NCBI GenBank assembly: GCA_944380185.1
Contig: CALWGV010000111.1
Coordinates: 15,362 to 79,361, forward strand
Reading direction: 5' to 3'
Length of the DNA: 64,000 nucleotides
Source: an uncultured Lachnospiraceae bacterium
GTDB lineage: Bacteria; Bacillota; Clostridia; Lachnospirales; Lachnospiraceae
The position numbers were made by a program, and so were the translations under genes. This document shows positions 7,351 through 18,161 of the stretch, piece by piece; the first letter of the stretch is position 1; each line of letters opens with the position of its first letter. A model generated the notes under the pieces. It saw only the letters and a list, made by a program, of their open reading frames with translations, did not search any database and was not told where the DNA came from.

Positions 7351-9377
7351 AGCGTTTTTTTTATTTTCGTCTGGCTCTGCAGAACATCCTAAATAACAAA
7401 AAATCTTACATTCCCTATATTCTAACCGTAATCGGGACTGTGCTCATGTATTACAGCTTTCAGTGCATGGCGGATAATCCTGGGATTCAGGACCTAAGAG
7501 GCGGCACGGTCGTCTCGATGATTATGGGGTTTGGAACTTTTGTAGTTGGCCTGTTTGCGGTGATTTTTTTGTTTTACACCAACAGTTTTCTGATTAAACA
7601 GAGAAAAAAGGAATTTGCTCTGTTTAATATTTTGGGCATGGAAAAAAGACATCTGGGACGGGTACTTCTGTGGGAAACGCTGTTTGTGGCGATTATCGGT
7701 CTTGCCGCCGGGTTTTGCGGCGGTCTGCTTTTGACTAAGCTTATGTATCTGTTTTTGCTCAGGCTGATGGATTTTCCGGTGCAGCTCGGTTTCTACGTCT
7801 CGTGGAGCGCTTTTGGAAGCTGTGTGGTTTTGTTTGGCTTGATTTTTCTCTTTACCTGGCTGAATGCGCTGTGCCAGATTCATCTGGCCAGTCCCGTGCA
7901 GCTTCTGCAGCAGCAGAAGGCAGGCGAGAAGGAGCCCAGGACAAAGCTTTTAATGACAACTCTGGGTGTTTTCTGTCTGGGAGCCGGTTACTATATTTCA
8001 CTCACCACCGAGTCGCCGATCACGGCCCTGACACTGTTTTTCGTGGCGGTAATTTTGGTGATCATCGGAACATATCTGGTGTTTACGTCGGGCAGCATCG
8101 CCTGGCTTAAATTTCTGCGTTCACGAAAACACTATTACTATAAGACGCACCATTTTATTTCTGTCTCCGGTATGCTCTATCGGATGAAACAGAATGCGGT
8201 GGGGCTTGCCAATATCTGCATTCTGTCCACAATGGTGCTGGTCATGCTGTCTGCAACGGTTGCCCTGTATGCGGGCAGCGAGAATATGATTCACAGCCAA
8301 TATCCGCGAGAGCTGATGGTCTATGCTGAGCAGACGACGGAGGACCGGGCTGACGCTTACGAGGAGAGGGTGAGCCAATATCTGCAGGAAAACGGTCTCG
8401 CTGCCCAGGATGTGATCAGTTATCGCGAGATGGGCGGGGTAATGGTGCGGGAAGGAAACAATCTGAGGGGGCCCGTGGGTGCGCAGGACATGTTAGTCAG
8501 TGTGGAAGCCCATTTTATGCGGCTTGAGGATTTTCGGCAGATGACGGATGAGGCGCTTGTGCAGACCCTGGGCACAGATCAGGTGTACCTTTTGTATCGA
8601 GGAAAGGATATTCCGGGTGACACTCTTGGTGTGTCAGGTCTGAGTTTCCAGATCGAAGACAGAATGACTTTTGAGGAGGCGGGGGTGGATCCGGCTGTGC
8701 TCACTGATTCTTACAATGTGGCTGATGTCTATGTGATTCTGGTGAAGGATGACGGAGTGCTGGGGCAGATCAAGACAGCTGTGGACAGGGAGATCGGAGT
8801 GGAGGACAGTATTTTCTACGGCTGCGATCCGGCTTCGGACCAGCTGCGCTATGTCTACGGCTTTGATCTGGGAGACGAGGCACAGGTCAAGGAAGTGCAG
8901 AGCCAGATGGCAAACCTGCTGGCAGAGGCAGGTATCCCGCAGGGAGGGATAGAGAATCGCTATGACAACATGGCCTCCTACTATGAAATGAATGGCGGCC
9001 TTTTGTTCCTGGGGATTTTTCTGGCGCTTTTATTCGGCATGGCCGCGGTGCTGATCATGTATTACAAGCAGATCTCAGAGGGTTATGACGACAGAGAACG
9101 CTATCAGATCATGCAGAGAGTAGGATTAAGCCGCCGGGAGGTACGAGCGTCGATTCGCAGCCAGGTACTCAGCGTGTTTTATCTGCCTCTTGTCACGGCG
9201 GTGATTCATGTGGCGTTTGCTTTTCCGATTATTGTTCGTCTCATCGCTCTGTTTAATCTGAACGATGTAGGACTGTTTCTTTTAACCACAGTGGTCACCG
9301 TGCTGGCCTTTGGCCTATTATATGCGATAGTGTATGCCATGACGGCCAGAGTCTACTATCGGATTGTCAGCGAATGA
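7347..9377 (+). CDS. FtsX-family ABC permease (BceB-like) with a large extracellular domain
   Basis: 676 aa. Multiple TM helices flank a roughly 200-aa soluble domain between late TM helices. Start overlaps the ATPase stop. This is the classic BceAB architecture. Confidence 0.9.
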   Translation: MKRFFYFRLALQNILNNKKSYIPYILTVIGTVLMYYSFQCMADNPGIQDLRGGTVVSMIMGFGTFVVGLFAVIFLFYTNSFLIKQRKKEFALFNILGMEKRHLGRVLLWETLFVAIIGLAAGFCGGLLLTKLMYLFLLRLMDFPVQLGFYVSWSAFGSCVVLFGLIFLFTWLNALCQIHLASPVQLLQQQKAGEKEPRTKLLMTTLGVFCLGAGYYISLTTESPITALTLFFVAVILVIIGTYLVFTSGSIAWLKFLRSRKHYYYKTHHFISVSGMLYRMKQNAVGLANICILSTMVLVMLSATVALYAGSENMIHSQYPRELMVYAEQTTEDRADAYEERVSQYLQENGLAAQDVISYREMGGVMVREGNNLRGPVGAQDMLVSVEAHFMRLEDFRQMTDEALVQTLGTDQVYLLYRGKDIPGDTLGVSGLSFQIEDRMTFEEAGVDPAVLTDSYNVADVYVILVKDDGVLGQIKTAVDREIGVEDSIFYGCDPASDQLRYVYGFDLGDEAQVKEVQSQMANLLAEAGIPQGGIENRYDNMASYYEMNGGLLFLGIFLALLFGMAAVLIMYYKQISEGYDDRERYQIMQRVGLSRREVRASIRSQVLSVFYLPLVTAVIHVAFAFPIIVRLIALFNLNDVGLFLLTTVVTVLAFGLLYAIVYAMTARVYYRIVSE

Positions 9378-9410
9378 AGAAGTGAAAAACGAAAAGGGGA
9401 AGGTAAAAGA

Positions 9411-9445
9411 GCAGGCCTGATGTCAGATCATTGGGCCTGTTTTTG
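9411..9445 (+). terminator. Rho-independent terminator after the permease
   Basis: CAGGCCTGAT...ATCATTGGGCCTG hairpin followed by TTTTT. Confidence 0.65.
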
Positions 9446-9493
9446 CCGTGGGAAGGGATATTATGAAAAAAATCTAAATTTTTGGCAAGTCTA

Positions 9494-9560
9494 TTGACGG
9501 GAGAAGAAAGCCGTAGTAAAATAATTCGCACAGTTAATTATTAACGACGTTAAATAATTG
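9494..9560 (+). promoter_or_regulatory. Promoter plus AT-rich palindromic boxes (likely MarR operator)
   Basis: TTGACG (9494..9499), 17-nt spacer, TAAAAT (9517..9522). GTTAA-TTA-TTAAC at 9533..9545 and a related GTTAAATAATTG at 9549..9560 sit between the -10 and the RBS. Confidence 0.5.
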
Positions 9561-9586
9561 GCATCCCTGCAAAAGGAGGGAATGAA

Positions 9587-10132
9587 ATGGAAGAACGGGA
9601 GATAGAGAGGCAATTTATGCAGACGCTCAGACGGCTCGGCCGTCTTCATCTGAGCCATACGGACAGCGCGGTGAATCGCGGAGAGTTTGTCGCTCTGGCC
9701 TCTTTGGAACGCTGGGATAAGCGGCATGGCGGCGAAGGAGCCAGAGCGTCGATACTGGCAGAGCTGGTGGAAGCATCTCCTCAGGCTCTCTCCAGGACAC
9801 TTCGCTCCTTGGAGTCAAAGGGTTTCATCGAGAGAACTGCGGATGCGAAGGACCGACGAAATGTACTCATCTGCCTGACAGACAGGGGAAGAGCCGTACT
9901 GGCAAATGGAAAAGAGAAGATCAGAGAGCAATTTGGCCAGGTGGCGACCCGTATGGGGGAAAAGGATCTGCGACAGCTGATCTACCTGATGAATCGGCTG
10001 GTGGATGTGATGCAGACCGTTATCGATGAACAGAATGCAGAAAATGAAGAGGCCGGCAGGGGGAGAGGGAATATATCCGTATCGGATATGTCTGCACAAA
10101 TTATGAAGGAAAAGGAGAACGAGGATGCTTAA
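9587..10132 (+). CDS. MarR-family transcriptional regulator
   Basis: Winged-helix core LSRTLRSLESKGFIERTADAKDRRNVLICLTDRG. Overlaps the downstream ABC gene start. Confidence 0.85.
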   Translation: MEEREIERQFMQTLRRLGRLHLSHTDSAVNRGEFVALASLERWDKRHGGEGARASILAELVEASPQALSRTLRSLESKGFIERTADAKDRRNVLICLTDRGRAVLANGKEKIREQFGQVATRMGEKDLRQLIYLMNRLVDVMQTVIDEQNAENEEAGRGRGNISVSDMSAQIMKEKENEDA

Positions 10133-12482
10133 AATACTGAAATATCTGCGTGAGTCCAAAGCATCAGTCATTGCCATTATTCTGCTGCTTATTCTGCAAG
10201 CCTACGGAGATCTTTCCCTGCCCAGCTATACTTCCAGTATTGTGGACGTGGGCATACAGCAGGGGGGAATTGAGAGGGCAGTGCCTGAGGCAGTCCGTGA
10301 ATCTCAGTGGGAGCAGTTGACGGGATTGATGACCTCGGAGGAAAGGGAAACTGTACAGGCTGCTTACCGGAGGATAAGTACAGATACGCTGGATGAAACG
10401 GAGCGGGAGCACTATGTGGGAAATTACCCTGCTCTGGAACAGGAGGCTCTGTATATTTTGGCGGACGACGGCAGAGAGACGCTTGACCGGCTGGAGAATT
10501 GCTTTTCCTTTCCCATGGTAATGCTTTCCTCCCTTCAGACTGCGGCAGAAGGAGGCGAAGACGTTTCTGCCGACATGAAAGAGATGCTTGCCGGTCTGAC
10601 TGGCGGGACCGGCCAGGGACTATCCGATGAGACGGTGACGGCACTGCGCCAGGCAGTGAGAGAACAGATGGGCGATATGTCAGATACGCTGATCAGCCAG
10701 AGGGCAATTCTCTATGTGCAGGCTGAGTATGAGGCGATTGGCATGGACATGGGGAGGATACAGACCAATTATCTGCTGAAGACGGGAGCCCAGATGCTGG
10801 GGATTTCCATCCTGATTATGGCCACGGCAATTCTGGTGGGATTTCTGGCGGCACGCACGGCGGCCAGTGTCGGTATGCGTCTGCGCAGCCGGATCTTTGC
10901 TAAGGTAGTTTCTTTTTCCCATACCGAGCTGGACCATTTTTCCACGGCATCTCTGATTACGCGCAGTACCAATGATATTCAGCAGGTACAGATGGTATCG
11001 GTTATGCTGCTGCGTATGGTTGCCTATGCTCCGATCCTGGGGATAGGCGGCATCATCAAGGTGGCACAGACCAGCACGGGAATGGAGTGGATTATCGCTG
11101 TTGCGGTGGCTGCTGTGGTGTCTCTGGTATTGGTCTTGGTGCAGGTGGCCATGCCGAAATTCCGCAAGATGCAGGAGCTGGTGGATCGGCTGAATCTGGT
11201 GGCCAGAGAAATACTCACCGGCTTGCCGGTGATCCGCGCCTTTAGCCGGGAGCGGTATGAGGAACAGCGTTTTGATCGGGCCAATCGGGATCTGATGAAA
11301 ACGCAGCTCTTTACCAACCGTGTCATGACTTTTATGATGCCGGTGATGATGTTTATTATGAATGGAATTACGGTGCTTATTGTCTGGGTGGGTGCTCGGG
11401 GTATTGACCTGGGAAATCTGCAGGTGGGCGATATGATTGCCTTTATCACGTATACAATGCAGATCGTCAGTGCCTTCCTGATGCTGACTATGGTATCCAT
11501 CATGCTTCCCCGCGCCGGAGTAGCGGCAGGAAGAATTGACGAAGTGCTCCAGACGGAGCCGGTGATTGAGGACGCTCCCTCGGCAGAGCTGGTGACCAGA
11601 GATAAGGAGGAATGGAGCGGAGAACTTGTTTTTCATGATGTAAATTTCCGTTATCCGGGTGCGGATGAAAATGCGCTGTCCGATATCTCTTTCACGGCAT
11701 CGCCCGGTAAGACCACGGCGATCATTGGAAGTACCGGCTGCGGCAAATCTACTTTGCTGAACCTGATTCCCCGCTTTTATGATGTGACGAAAGGGTCGAT
11801 TACCATAGATGGCGTCGACATCAGAAAGCTTTCGCAGGCTGAGCTTCGGGAGCTTTTGGGATATGTACCGCAGAAAGGAATTCTGTTTTCCGGTACCATT
11901 GAGTCCAATTTAAAATTCGGCGGACCTGAAATCACAGATGAGCAGATGAAGGAAGCGGCTCAGATTGCACAGGCTACGGAATTTATCGCGGCCAAGTCCG
12001 ACGAATATGAAAGTCCCATATCCCAGGGCGGCACCAATGTATCCGGAGGACAAAAGCAGAGACTCTCCATAGCCCGAGCCATCGCCAAGCAGCCCAAGAT
12101 CTATCTGTTCGACGACAGCTTTTCCGCGCTGGACTATAAGACGGATGTGGCTCTCAGAAAGGCTCTCAGTGAAAAAACGGCTCATGCCACTGTACTGATT
12201 GTCGCGCAGAGAATCAGCACTATTCTGCATGCAGATCAGATTTTAGTGTTGGATGACGGTCGAATTGTCGGAAAAGGAACCCACGAAGAGCTCTTGCAGA
12301 ATTGTCCGGCTTATCAGGAAATTGCACGTTCACAGTTGTCAGAGGAGGAGCTTAAAAAGGGCGAAATCCAGAGAAATGAGACGAGAGAGGCCGCTGCGCA
12401 GGTCAATGAGGGGCAGAAAAGGCCGGAAGTGATCGGAAAGAAAGAAGCTCGGATGGCAGAAAGAAAGGAGCGGGAAGAATGA
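10125..12482 (+). CDS. ABC exporter, fused permease/ATPase half-transporter (subunit 1), with a long TM1-TM2 insertion
   Basis: Walker A GSTGCGKST, signature VSGGQKQR, Walker B IYLFDDSFSALD. About 190 aa of soluble sequence lies between the first two TM helices. Charged C-terminal tail. Confidence 0.9.
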   Translation: MLKILKYLRESKASVIAIILLLILQAYGDLSLPSYTSSIVDVGIQQGGIERAVPEAVRESQWEQLTGLMTSEERETVQAAYRRISTDTLDETEREHYVGNYPALEQEALYILADDGRETLDRLENCFSFPMVMLSSLQTAAEGGEDVSADMKEMLAGLTGGTGQGLSDETVTALRQAVREQMGDMSDTLISQRAILYVQAEYEAIGMDMGRIQTNYLLKTGAQMLGISILIMATAILVGFLAARTAASVGMRLRSRIFAKVVSFSHTELDHFSTASLITRSTNDIQQVQMVSVMLLRMVAYAPILGIGGIIKVAQTSTGMEWIIAVAVAAVVSLVLVLVQVAMPKFRKMQELVDRLNLVAREILTGLPVIRAFSRERYEEQRFDRANRDLMKTQLFTNRVMTFMMPVMMFIMNGITVLIVWVGARGIDLGNLQVGDMIAFITYTMQIVSAFLMLTMVSIMLPRAGVAAGRIDEVLQTEPVIEDAPSAELVTRDKEEWSGELVFHDVNFRYPGADENALSDISFTASPGKTTAIIGSTGCGKSTLLNLIPRFYDVTKGSITIDGVDIRKLSQAELRELLGYVPQKGILFSGTIESNLKFGGPEITDEQMKEAAQIAQATEFIAAKSDEYESPISQGGTNVSGGQKQRLSIARAIAKQPKIYLFDDSFSALDYKTDVALRKALSEKTAHATVLIVAQRISTILHADQILVLDDGRIVGKGTHEELLQNCPAYQEIARSQLSEEELKKGEIQRNETREAAAQVNEGQKRPEVIGKKEARMAERKEREE

Positions 12483-14377
12483 GCGAGCAGACAAGAACCA
12501 GACGGCCGGCTCATGGCATGGGCGGCCGGGGGGCAGGGGAAAAGCCTAAGGATTTCAGAAGGGCAATCCGTAAGATGCTGGGGACCATCGCGTCCTATCG
12601 GGTCGGCCTGATTTTTGTGATGGTGTTTGCCGTAGGCAGCACAGTGTTTAATATTCTGGGCCCCAGGATCCTAAGCCAGGCAACCGATGAACTGTTCAGC
12701 GGTCTGGTGCTCAAGGTGCAGGGACTGGGCGGCATTGATTTTGGAAAGGTAGGCCGTATTCTCCTGTTCCTGTTGGGAATGTATGCGCTGAGCGCGGTCT
12801 TTTCTTTCATTCAGGGATGGATTATGTCCGGTGTCTCCCAGAAGGTCAGCTATGAGTTTCGCCGGCAGCTGTCAGAGAAGATCAGCCGGATGCCGATGAA
12901 CTATTTTGAGTCCAGGACCAACGGTGAAGTGCTCTCCCGCATCACCAATGATGTGGACACTCTGGGCCAGAGCCTGAATCAGAGCATCACCACGCTGATT
13001 ACCTCGGTGACGACCATGATCGGTGTGCTGATTATGATGCTTTCGATCAGTCCTCTGATGACCCTGATTGCCCTGGTAATTTTGCCTGTATCCATGATTT
13101 TGATCATGTTTGTGATGAAGCATTCGCAGAGATTTTTCCGGGATCAGCAGGCTTATCTGGGCCATGTCAACGGCCAGGTGGAGGAGGTCTACGGCGGGCT
13201 GAACGTGGTGAAGGCCTTTAATCGTGAAGAGAAGGTCTTGGAAGATTTTAACCGGGATAATCAGATGCTCTATCAGTCCGCCTGGAAATCCCAGTTTTTC
13301 TCCGGCATGATGCAGCCGATTATGCAGTTCGTCGGAAATCTGGGCTATGTCGGCGTGGCGGTTTCGGGAAGTGTTCTGGCTATTTCCGGTGCCATCACTG
13401 TGGGCAGTATCCAGGCATTCATCCAGTATGTGCGCAATTTCACACAGCCTATCAATCAGATCGCGCAGGTGACCAATATGCTTCAGTCCATGGCTGCTGC
13501 TGCCGAGAGAGTCTTTGAATTCCTGGAGGAGGAAGAAGAGGAACAAAAAACGGCGCATCACGCGATGATTGCAGAGCAGACGGTGGATGAAAAGGGCGAG
13601 CTGATAAGACGCGAGCGGCCGGTGACGGTGGATGATCTGAAGGGACAGGTAATCTTTGACCATGTCCGTTTCGGCTATACGCCGGACAAGGTGATTATCA
13701 ATGATTTTTGTGCCAGGGTGGAGCCGGGACAGACTGTGGCGATTGTAGGGCCTACCGGCGCCGGTAAGACCACCATGGTGAAGCTGCTGATGCGCTTCTA
13801 TGACGTCAACGCGGGAAGAATTCTCCTTGACGGCTATGATGTGCGAGATTTTGACCGCAGCGAGCTCAGGGAGGCCTTTGGCATGGTACTGCAGGACACC
13901 TGGCTGTTCAAAGGCACTATCATGGAAAATATCCGTTATGGCCGGCAGGACGCCACCGATGAGGAAGTCATCGAAGCGGCCAAGGCAGCTCATGCCCATC
14001 ATTTCATCCAGACTTTGCCAGGAGGCTATCAGATGGAGCTCAATGAGGAGGCCAGCAATGTCTCCCAGGGGCAGAAGCAGCTCCTGACTATTGCCAGAGC
14101 CATTTTGGCGGACAATAAGGTGCTGATCCTGGACGAGGCCACCAGTTCGGTGGATACCCGTACGGAGCAGCGCATTCAGAAGGCGATGAATAATCTGATG
14201 CGCGGACGGACCAGTTTTGTCATAGCCCATCGCCTGTCTACGATACGGGATGCGGATCTGATCCTGGTGATGCGAGGCGGGGACATCGTGGAACAGGGAA
14301 CTCACGAAGAGCTTCTGGCGAAGAATGGCTTTTATGCGCAGCTGTACAACGCGCAGTTTGAGGAGGCTACGGCGTGA
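12479..14377 (+). CDS. ABC exporter, fused permease/ATPase half-transporter (subunit 2)
   Basis: Walker A GPTGAGKTT, signature VSQGQKQL, Walker B VLILDEATSSVD. Start overlaps the upstream stop, so this is probably the heterodimer partner. Confidence 0.9.
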   Translation: MSEQTRTRRPAHGMGGRGAGEKPKDFRRAIRKMLGTIASYRVGLIFVMVFAVGSTVFNILGPRILSQATDELFSGLVLKVQGLGGIDFGKVGRILLFLLGMYALSAVFSFIQGWIMSGVSQKVSYEFRRQLSEKISRMPMNYFESRTNGEVLSRITNDVDTLGQSLNQSITTLITSVTTMIGVLIMMLSISPLMTLIALVILPVSMILIMFVMKHSQRFFRDQQAYLGHVNGQVEEVYGGLNVVKAFNREEKVLEDFNRDNQMLYQSAWKSQFFSGMMQPIMQFVGNLGYVGVAVSGSVLAISGAITVGSIQAFIQYVRNFTQPINQIAQVTNMLQSMAAAAERVFEFLEEEEEEQKTAHHAMIAEQTVDEKGELIRRERPVTVDDLKGQVIFDHVRFGYTPDKVIINDFCARVEPGQTVAIVGPTGAGKTTMVKLLMRFYDVNAGRILLDGYDVRDFDRSELREAFGMVLQDTWLFKGTIMENIRYGRQDATDEEVIEAAKAAHAHHFIQTLPGGYQMELNEEASNVSQGQKQLLTIARAILADNKVLILDEATSSVDTRTEQRIQKAMNNLMRGRTSFVIAHRLSTIRDADLILVMRGGDIVEQGTHEELLAKNGFYAQLYNAQFEEATA

Positions 14378-14451
14378 TCTCTTAGACCGCAGCGTCCTGC
14401 AAAAAGAAAGGCGATGGGTTTGGGTAACCTTGGAGCCGGCAGCTGCATAGA

Positions 14452-14748
14452 ATGATAGAAAGAAGCTGCGGCGGAGGTGCCACATTGCGTCTGTATGATC
14501 TGAAAGAGAAAGAAGTTATCAATATCTGCGACTGCCGCCGAATCGGCTTTGTCAGCGATGTGGTGTTTGAGTTTCCCAGCGGATGCATTGCGGCTTTTAT
14601 TGTCCCCGGCCCCGGTCATATCTGCGGTATTTTTGGCCGTGATACGGAATATGTGATTCCGTTCCGCTGTGTGCGTCAGATCGGCAGCGATATTATTCTG
14701 GTGGAGGTTAATGTGGAGGAGGTGCTGCAGAAATGCGAGGGGTATTGA
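14452..14748 (+). CDS. YlmC/YmxH-family sporulation protein (PRC-barrel)
   Basis: LRLYDLKEKEVINICDCRRIGFVSDVVFEF...GCIAAFIVPG matches my memory of the YlmC/YmxH pattern. The exact start is uncertain. Confidence 0.7.
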   Translation: MIERSCGGGATLRLYDLKEKEVINICDCRRIGFVSDVVFEFPSGCIAAFIVPGPGHICGIFGRDTEYVIPFRCVRQIGSDIILVEVNVEEVLQKCEGY

Positions 14749-14835
14749 GGCGGATACCCCCTGCCGCTTTCTGCCTCATTTGACGGAAAAATCAAAAAGG
14801 GCATGTCCTTACCCGCAGGTAAACACTGACTAACG

Positions 14836-14867
14836 AAACGAGACTTCTTCGGAGGTCTCGTTTTGCT
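14836..14867 (+). terminator. Rho-independent terminator after ylmC-like gene
   Basis: AAACGAGACTTC-TTCG-GAGGTCTCGTTT hairpin followed by a T run. Confidence 0.7.
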
Positions 14868-14993
14868 TATAATAAAATCCATAAAATAACGGGCGCAGCC
14901 GGGGAGATTACTTCATGGGTGCAGGGCCTGAAATCAGGATGAATATATACAGAGAGGAGCAGAGGAAGATAACATGAAAAAAAGGATAGAGAA

Positions 14994-15782
14994 ATGCGGA
15001 GAAGAGTGGGGGAAAGAGTGAAGGAAAAAGGAAAGAGAATTACGGCTACAGTCATGGCGGCGGCAATGCTTTCTCTTTTGCTGGGAGCCTGCAGTGCGGG
15101 AAACAATGGAGAAGACCAGACGGCACAGAGTCTGGCGGTACATGAGGACACTGCCGAGGCGATTGAGAATACTGCGGCGCAGCAGACAGCCGGTCAGTCG
15201 GAGACAGTCACCGAGAATCAGGAGGAAGAGGCAGAGAGCGGCAGCAATATTTTGATCGTCTATTTCACGGCGGCAGAAAACAGCGGTGTGGATGCAGCTT
15301 CGTCTGCCAGTTATACGACTATAGACGGGACGGCCGTAGGTCGTGTTCGCGCGGTGGCGGATATGATTGCACAGGAGACGGGAGGCGATCTTTTTGCTAT
15401 TCAAACTGCCGAGGTTTATCCGGCCAATGGTGAAGAGCTGATCGACTATGCGGCGGAGGAACAGGATGAAGAAGCAAGGCCGGAACTCACCTCCCATATT
15501 GAGAATCTAGATCAGTACGACACGGTATTTATTGGTTATCCGACCTGGTGGTATGATATGCCCATGGCCCTGTACAGTTTTTTTGATGAATATGATTTTT
15601 CCGGCAAGACACTGATTCCCTTTAATGTTCACAACGGAAGCCGTTTTTCCGATACGATCAGCACTATAGAAGAACTGGAGCCGGACGCCCGGGTGGAAGA
15701 GGATGGCTTTACTGTCAGTGAAAATGATGTGGCCGAGGCCGCAGCGGATGTGACAGATTGGCTCAGAGAGCTGGGGTATTGA
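14994..15782 (+). CDS. Exported flavodoxin-like lipoprotein
   Basis: Lipobox LLLGACSAG, then an acidic T/E/A/Q linker, then a flavodoxin-like core (ILIVYFTAAENSG..., VFIGYPTWWYDMP). Start may instead be the GTG at 15018, which lies behind GGGGGA. Confidence 0.65.
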   Translation: MRRRVGERVKEKGKRITATVMAAAMLSLLLGACSAGNNGEDQTAQSLAVHEDTAEAIENTAAQQTAGQSETVTENQEEEAESGSNILIVYFTAAENSGVDAASSASYTTIDGTAVGRVRAVADMIAQETGGDLFAIQTAEVYPANGEELIDYAAEEQDEEARPELTSHIENLDQYDTVFIGYPTWWYDMPMALYSFFDEYDFSGKTLIPFNVHNGSRFSDTISTIEELEPDARVEEDGFTVSENDVAEAAADVTDWLRELGY

Positions 15783-15784
15783 CG

Positions 15785-17215
15785 ATGAGGCGGTTTGGCG
15801 GCACGGTCCTGTCGGTTGCTCTATGCCTGTCCATGCTTTTTCTGTCAGCCTGTGCGGAAGCAGCAGATATGCAGACGCAGGGAGAGCTGCAGGCGGAGGC
15901 AGAGGGATCGGCGGAGGAGACAGGCGCCGGAGAGCAGACGGAGACGGCAGAGAAAATGGCACAGGAAGCGGGTGAGGAGACGACGGACGGGACAAGCAGT
16001 ACAGGAATTCAGAATATACAGGCTCAGGCTTTGGTCTATTCCTCCCTGTCCCCGATGCTGGACAGTTTTGTCATTACTTATGGAGATGAGATTGTTCTGC
16101 TGGAAAAAGAGGTGCAGAAACTCTATACCTTTGCCGATGGAGGAGAATCCAGGGCGGTAGTAGACGTGAGCATAAGCAGAACAGATCCCATCGGCGGGCG
16201 CGGGCAGGCGGACAGCGGGGAAGATACTGCGGATGCAGAGGCAGCGGGCCGCTATGTCGTCGTTCGCTTGGCCCCTCAGGAAAATCCAGATCCCGAGTCC
16301 GGAGATGCCTGGCGCGCGGACAGTGCGGCGGGGCGGACGGTTCTGTGGAGCGGATCTCATTCGGAACGCCGACTGGACTATTCAGAGCTTACGCTCACCC
16401 AAAATTTTGATGCAGTAAATCCGGAGGGACGGATGATTCAGCCGGCAGGGGAGCTTCCTGCGATCGGCTGGGAGGACATTTCCTGGCCTCAGCTGCGAGG
16501 CTTTGTGGTGGACAGTGTGCTGGAAGGAGAGAATGGAGAGATCCATTACAGCTACAGGCTGCCTGAGAACTATGATTCGGCGGGAAGCTATCCGATGGTT
16601 GTCACCCTTCCCGGCTATAATGGGCTGCTGCTCTCCGACAATATCAGCGACAGAGGCGTGAATATTTATGCCGACTACACGGTGGTCCCCTGGGCGCAGG
16701 CCAGCGATGAGCTGATTATCCTCTCACCGCAGCTGACGGGATGGGGAGAGGAATCGGCCAGGCAGACGATAGAGCTGACGGAGTATTTCCTGGAAAATTA
16801 TGCGGTGGATCGCAGCCGCGTCTATGGAGCCGGGTATTCGGCAGGCGGCGAAACCATGTCAAGAGTCATGGGAATGCGGGCGGACCTGTTTGCCGCTTAT
16901 CTTCACGGAAGTTCCCAGTGGGACGGTAATTTTGATACGGCGGCAGAGAATGGGACAGCCGTATATATTTTGATGGCCCAGAGCGATGATTACTATGGCA
17001 GAGACCGGGCGGTGGCAGCCTATGAGGGGCTGCGGGACAGCTATGAAGCGCAGGGAATGGGCGAGACAGAGATAGACAATCTGCTGAGGCTGGATCTGCG
17101 CCCCGATGAATATTTTAATGCTTACGGTCTCTACAGCTATCATGCGGCGGGCATGGCGGCGCTGAACGATCCGCAGATTATTCGCTGGATACTCAGCCAG
17201 AGAAAAAACGGATGA
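15785..17215 (+). CDS. Exported alpha/beta-hydrolase (esterase-like) lipoprotein
   Basis: Signal peptide with lipobox FLSACAEA, then an acidic linker. Nucleophile elbow GYSAGG lies in the C-terminal domain. Start chosen at the Met just after the upstream stop. Confidence 0.6.
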   Translation: MRRFGGTVLSVALCLSMLFLSACAEAADMQTQGELQAEAEGSAEETGAGEQTETAEKMAQEAGEETTDGTSSTGIQNIQAQALVYSSLSPMLDSFVITYGDEIVLLEKEVQKLYTFADGGESRAVVDVSISRTDPIGGRGQADSGEDTADAEAAGRYVVVRLAPQENPDPESGDAWRADSAAGRTVLWSGSHSERRLDYSELTLTQNFDAVNPEGRMIQPAGELPAIGWEDISWPQLRGFVVDSVLEGENGEIHYSYRLPENYDSAGSYPMVVTLPGYNGLLLSDNISDRGVNIYADYTVVPWAQASDELIILSPQLTGWGEESARQTIELTEYFLENYAVDRSRVYGAGYSAGGETMSRVMGMRADLFAAYLHGSSQWDGNFDTAAENGTAVYILMAQSDDYYGRDRAVAAYEGLRDSYEAQGMGETEIDNLLRLDLRPDEYFNAYGLYSYHAAGMAALNDPQIIRWILSQRKNG

Positions 17216-18145
<930 letters not shown>

Positions 18146-18161
18146 AAAGGAGAAAAGGCCG

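Noticed and set aside
12872-14485. 537-aa minus-strand ORF, plus the similar 10680..11636 ORF, opposite the ABC exporter genes
   Set aside because: Antisense shadow ORFs. The translations are His/Arg/Leu-rich with no domain features, whereas the plus-strand frames carry complete Walker A, signature and Walker B motifs.
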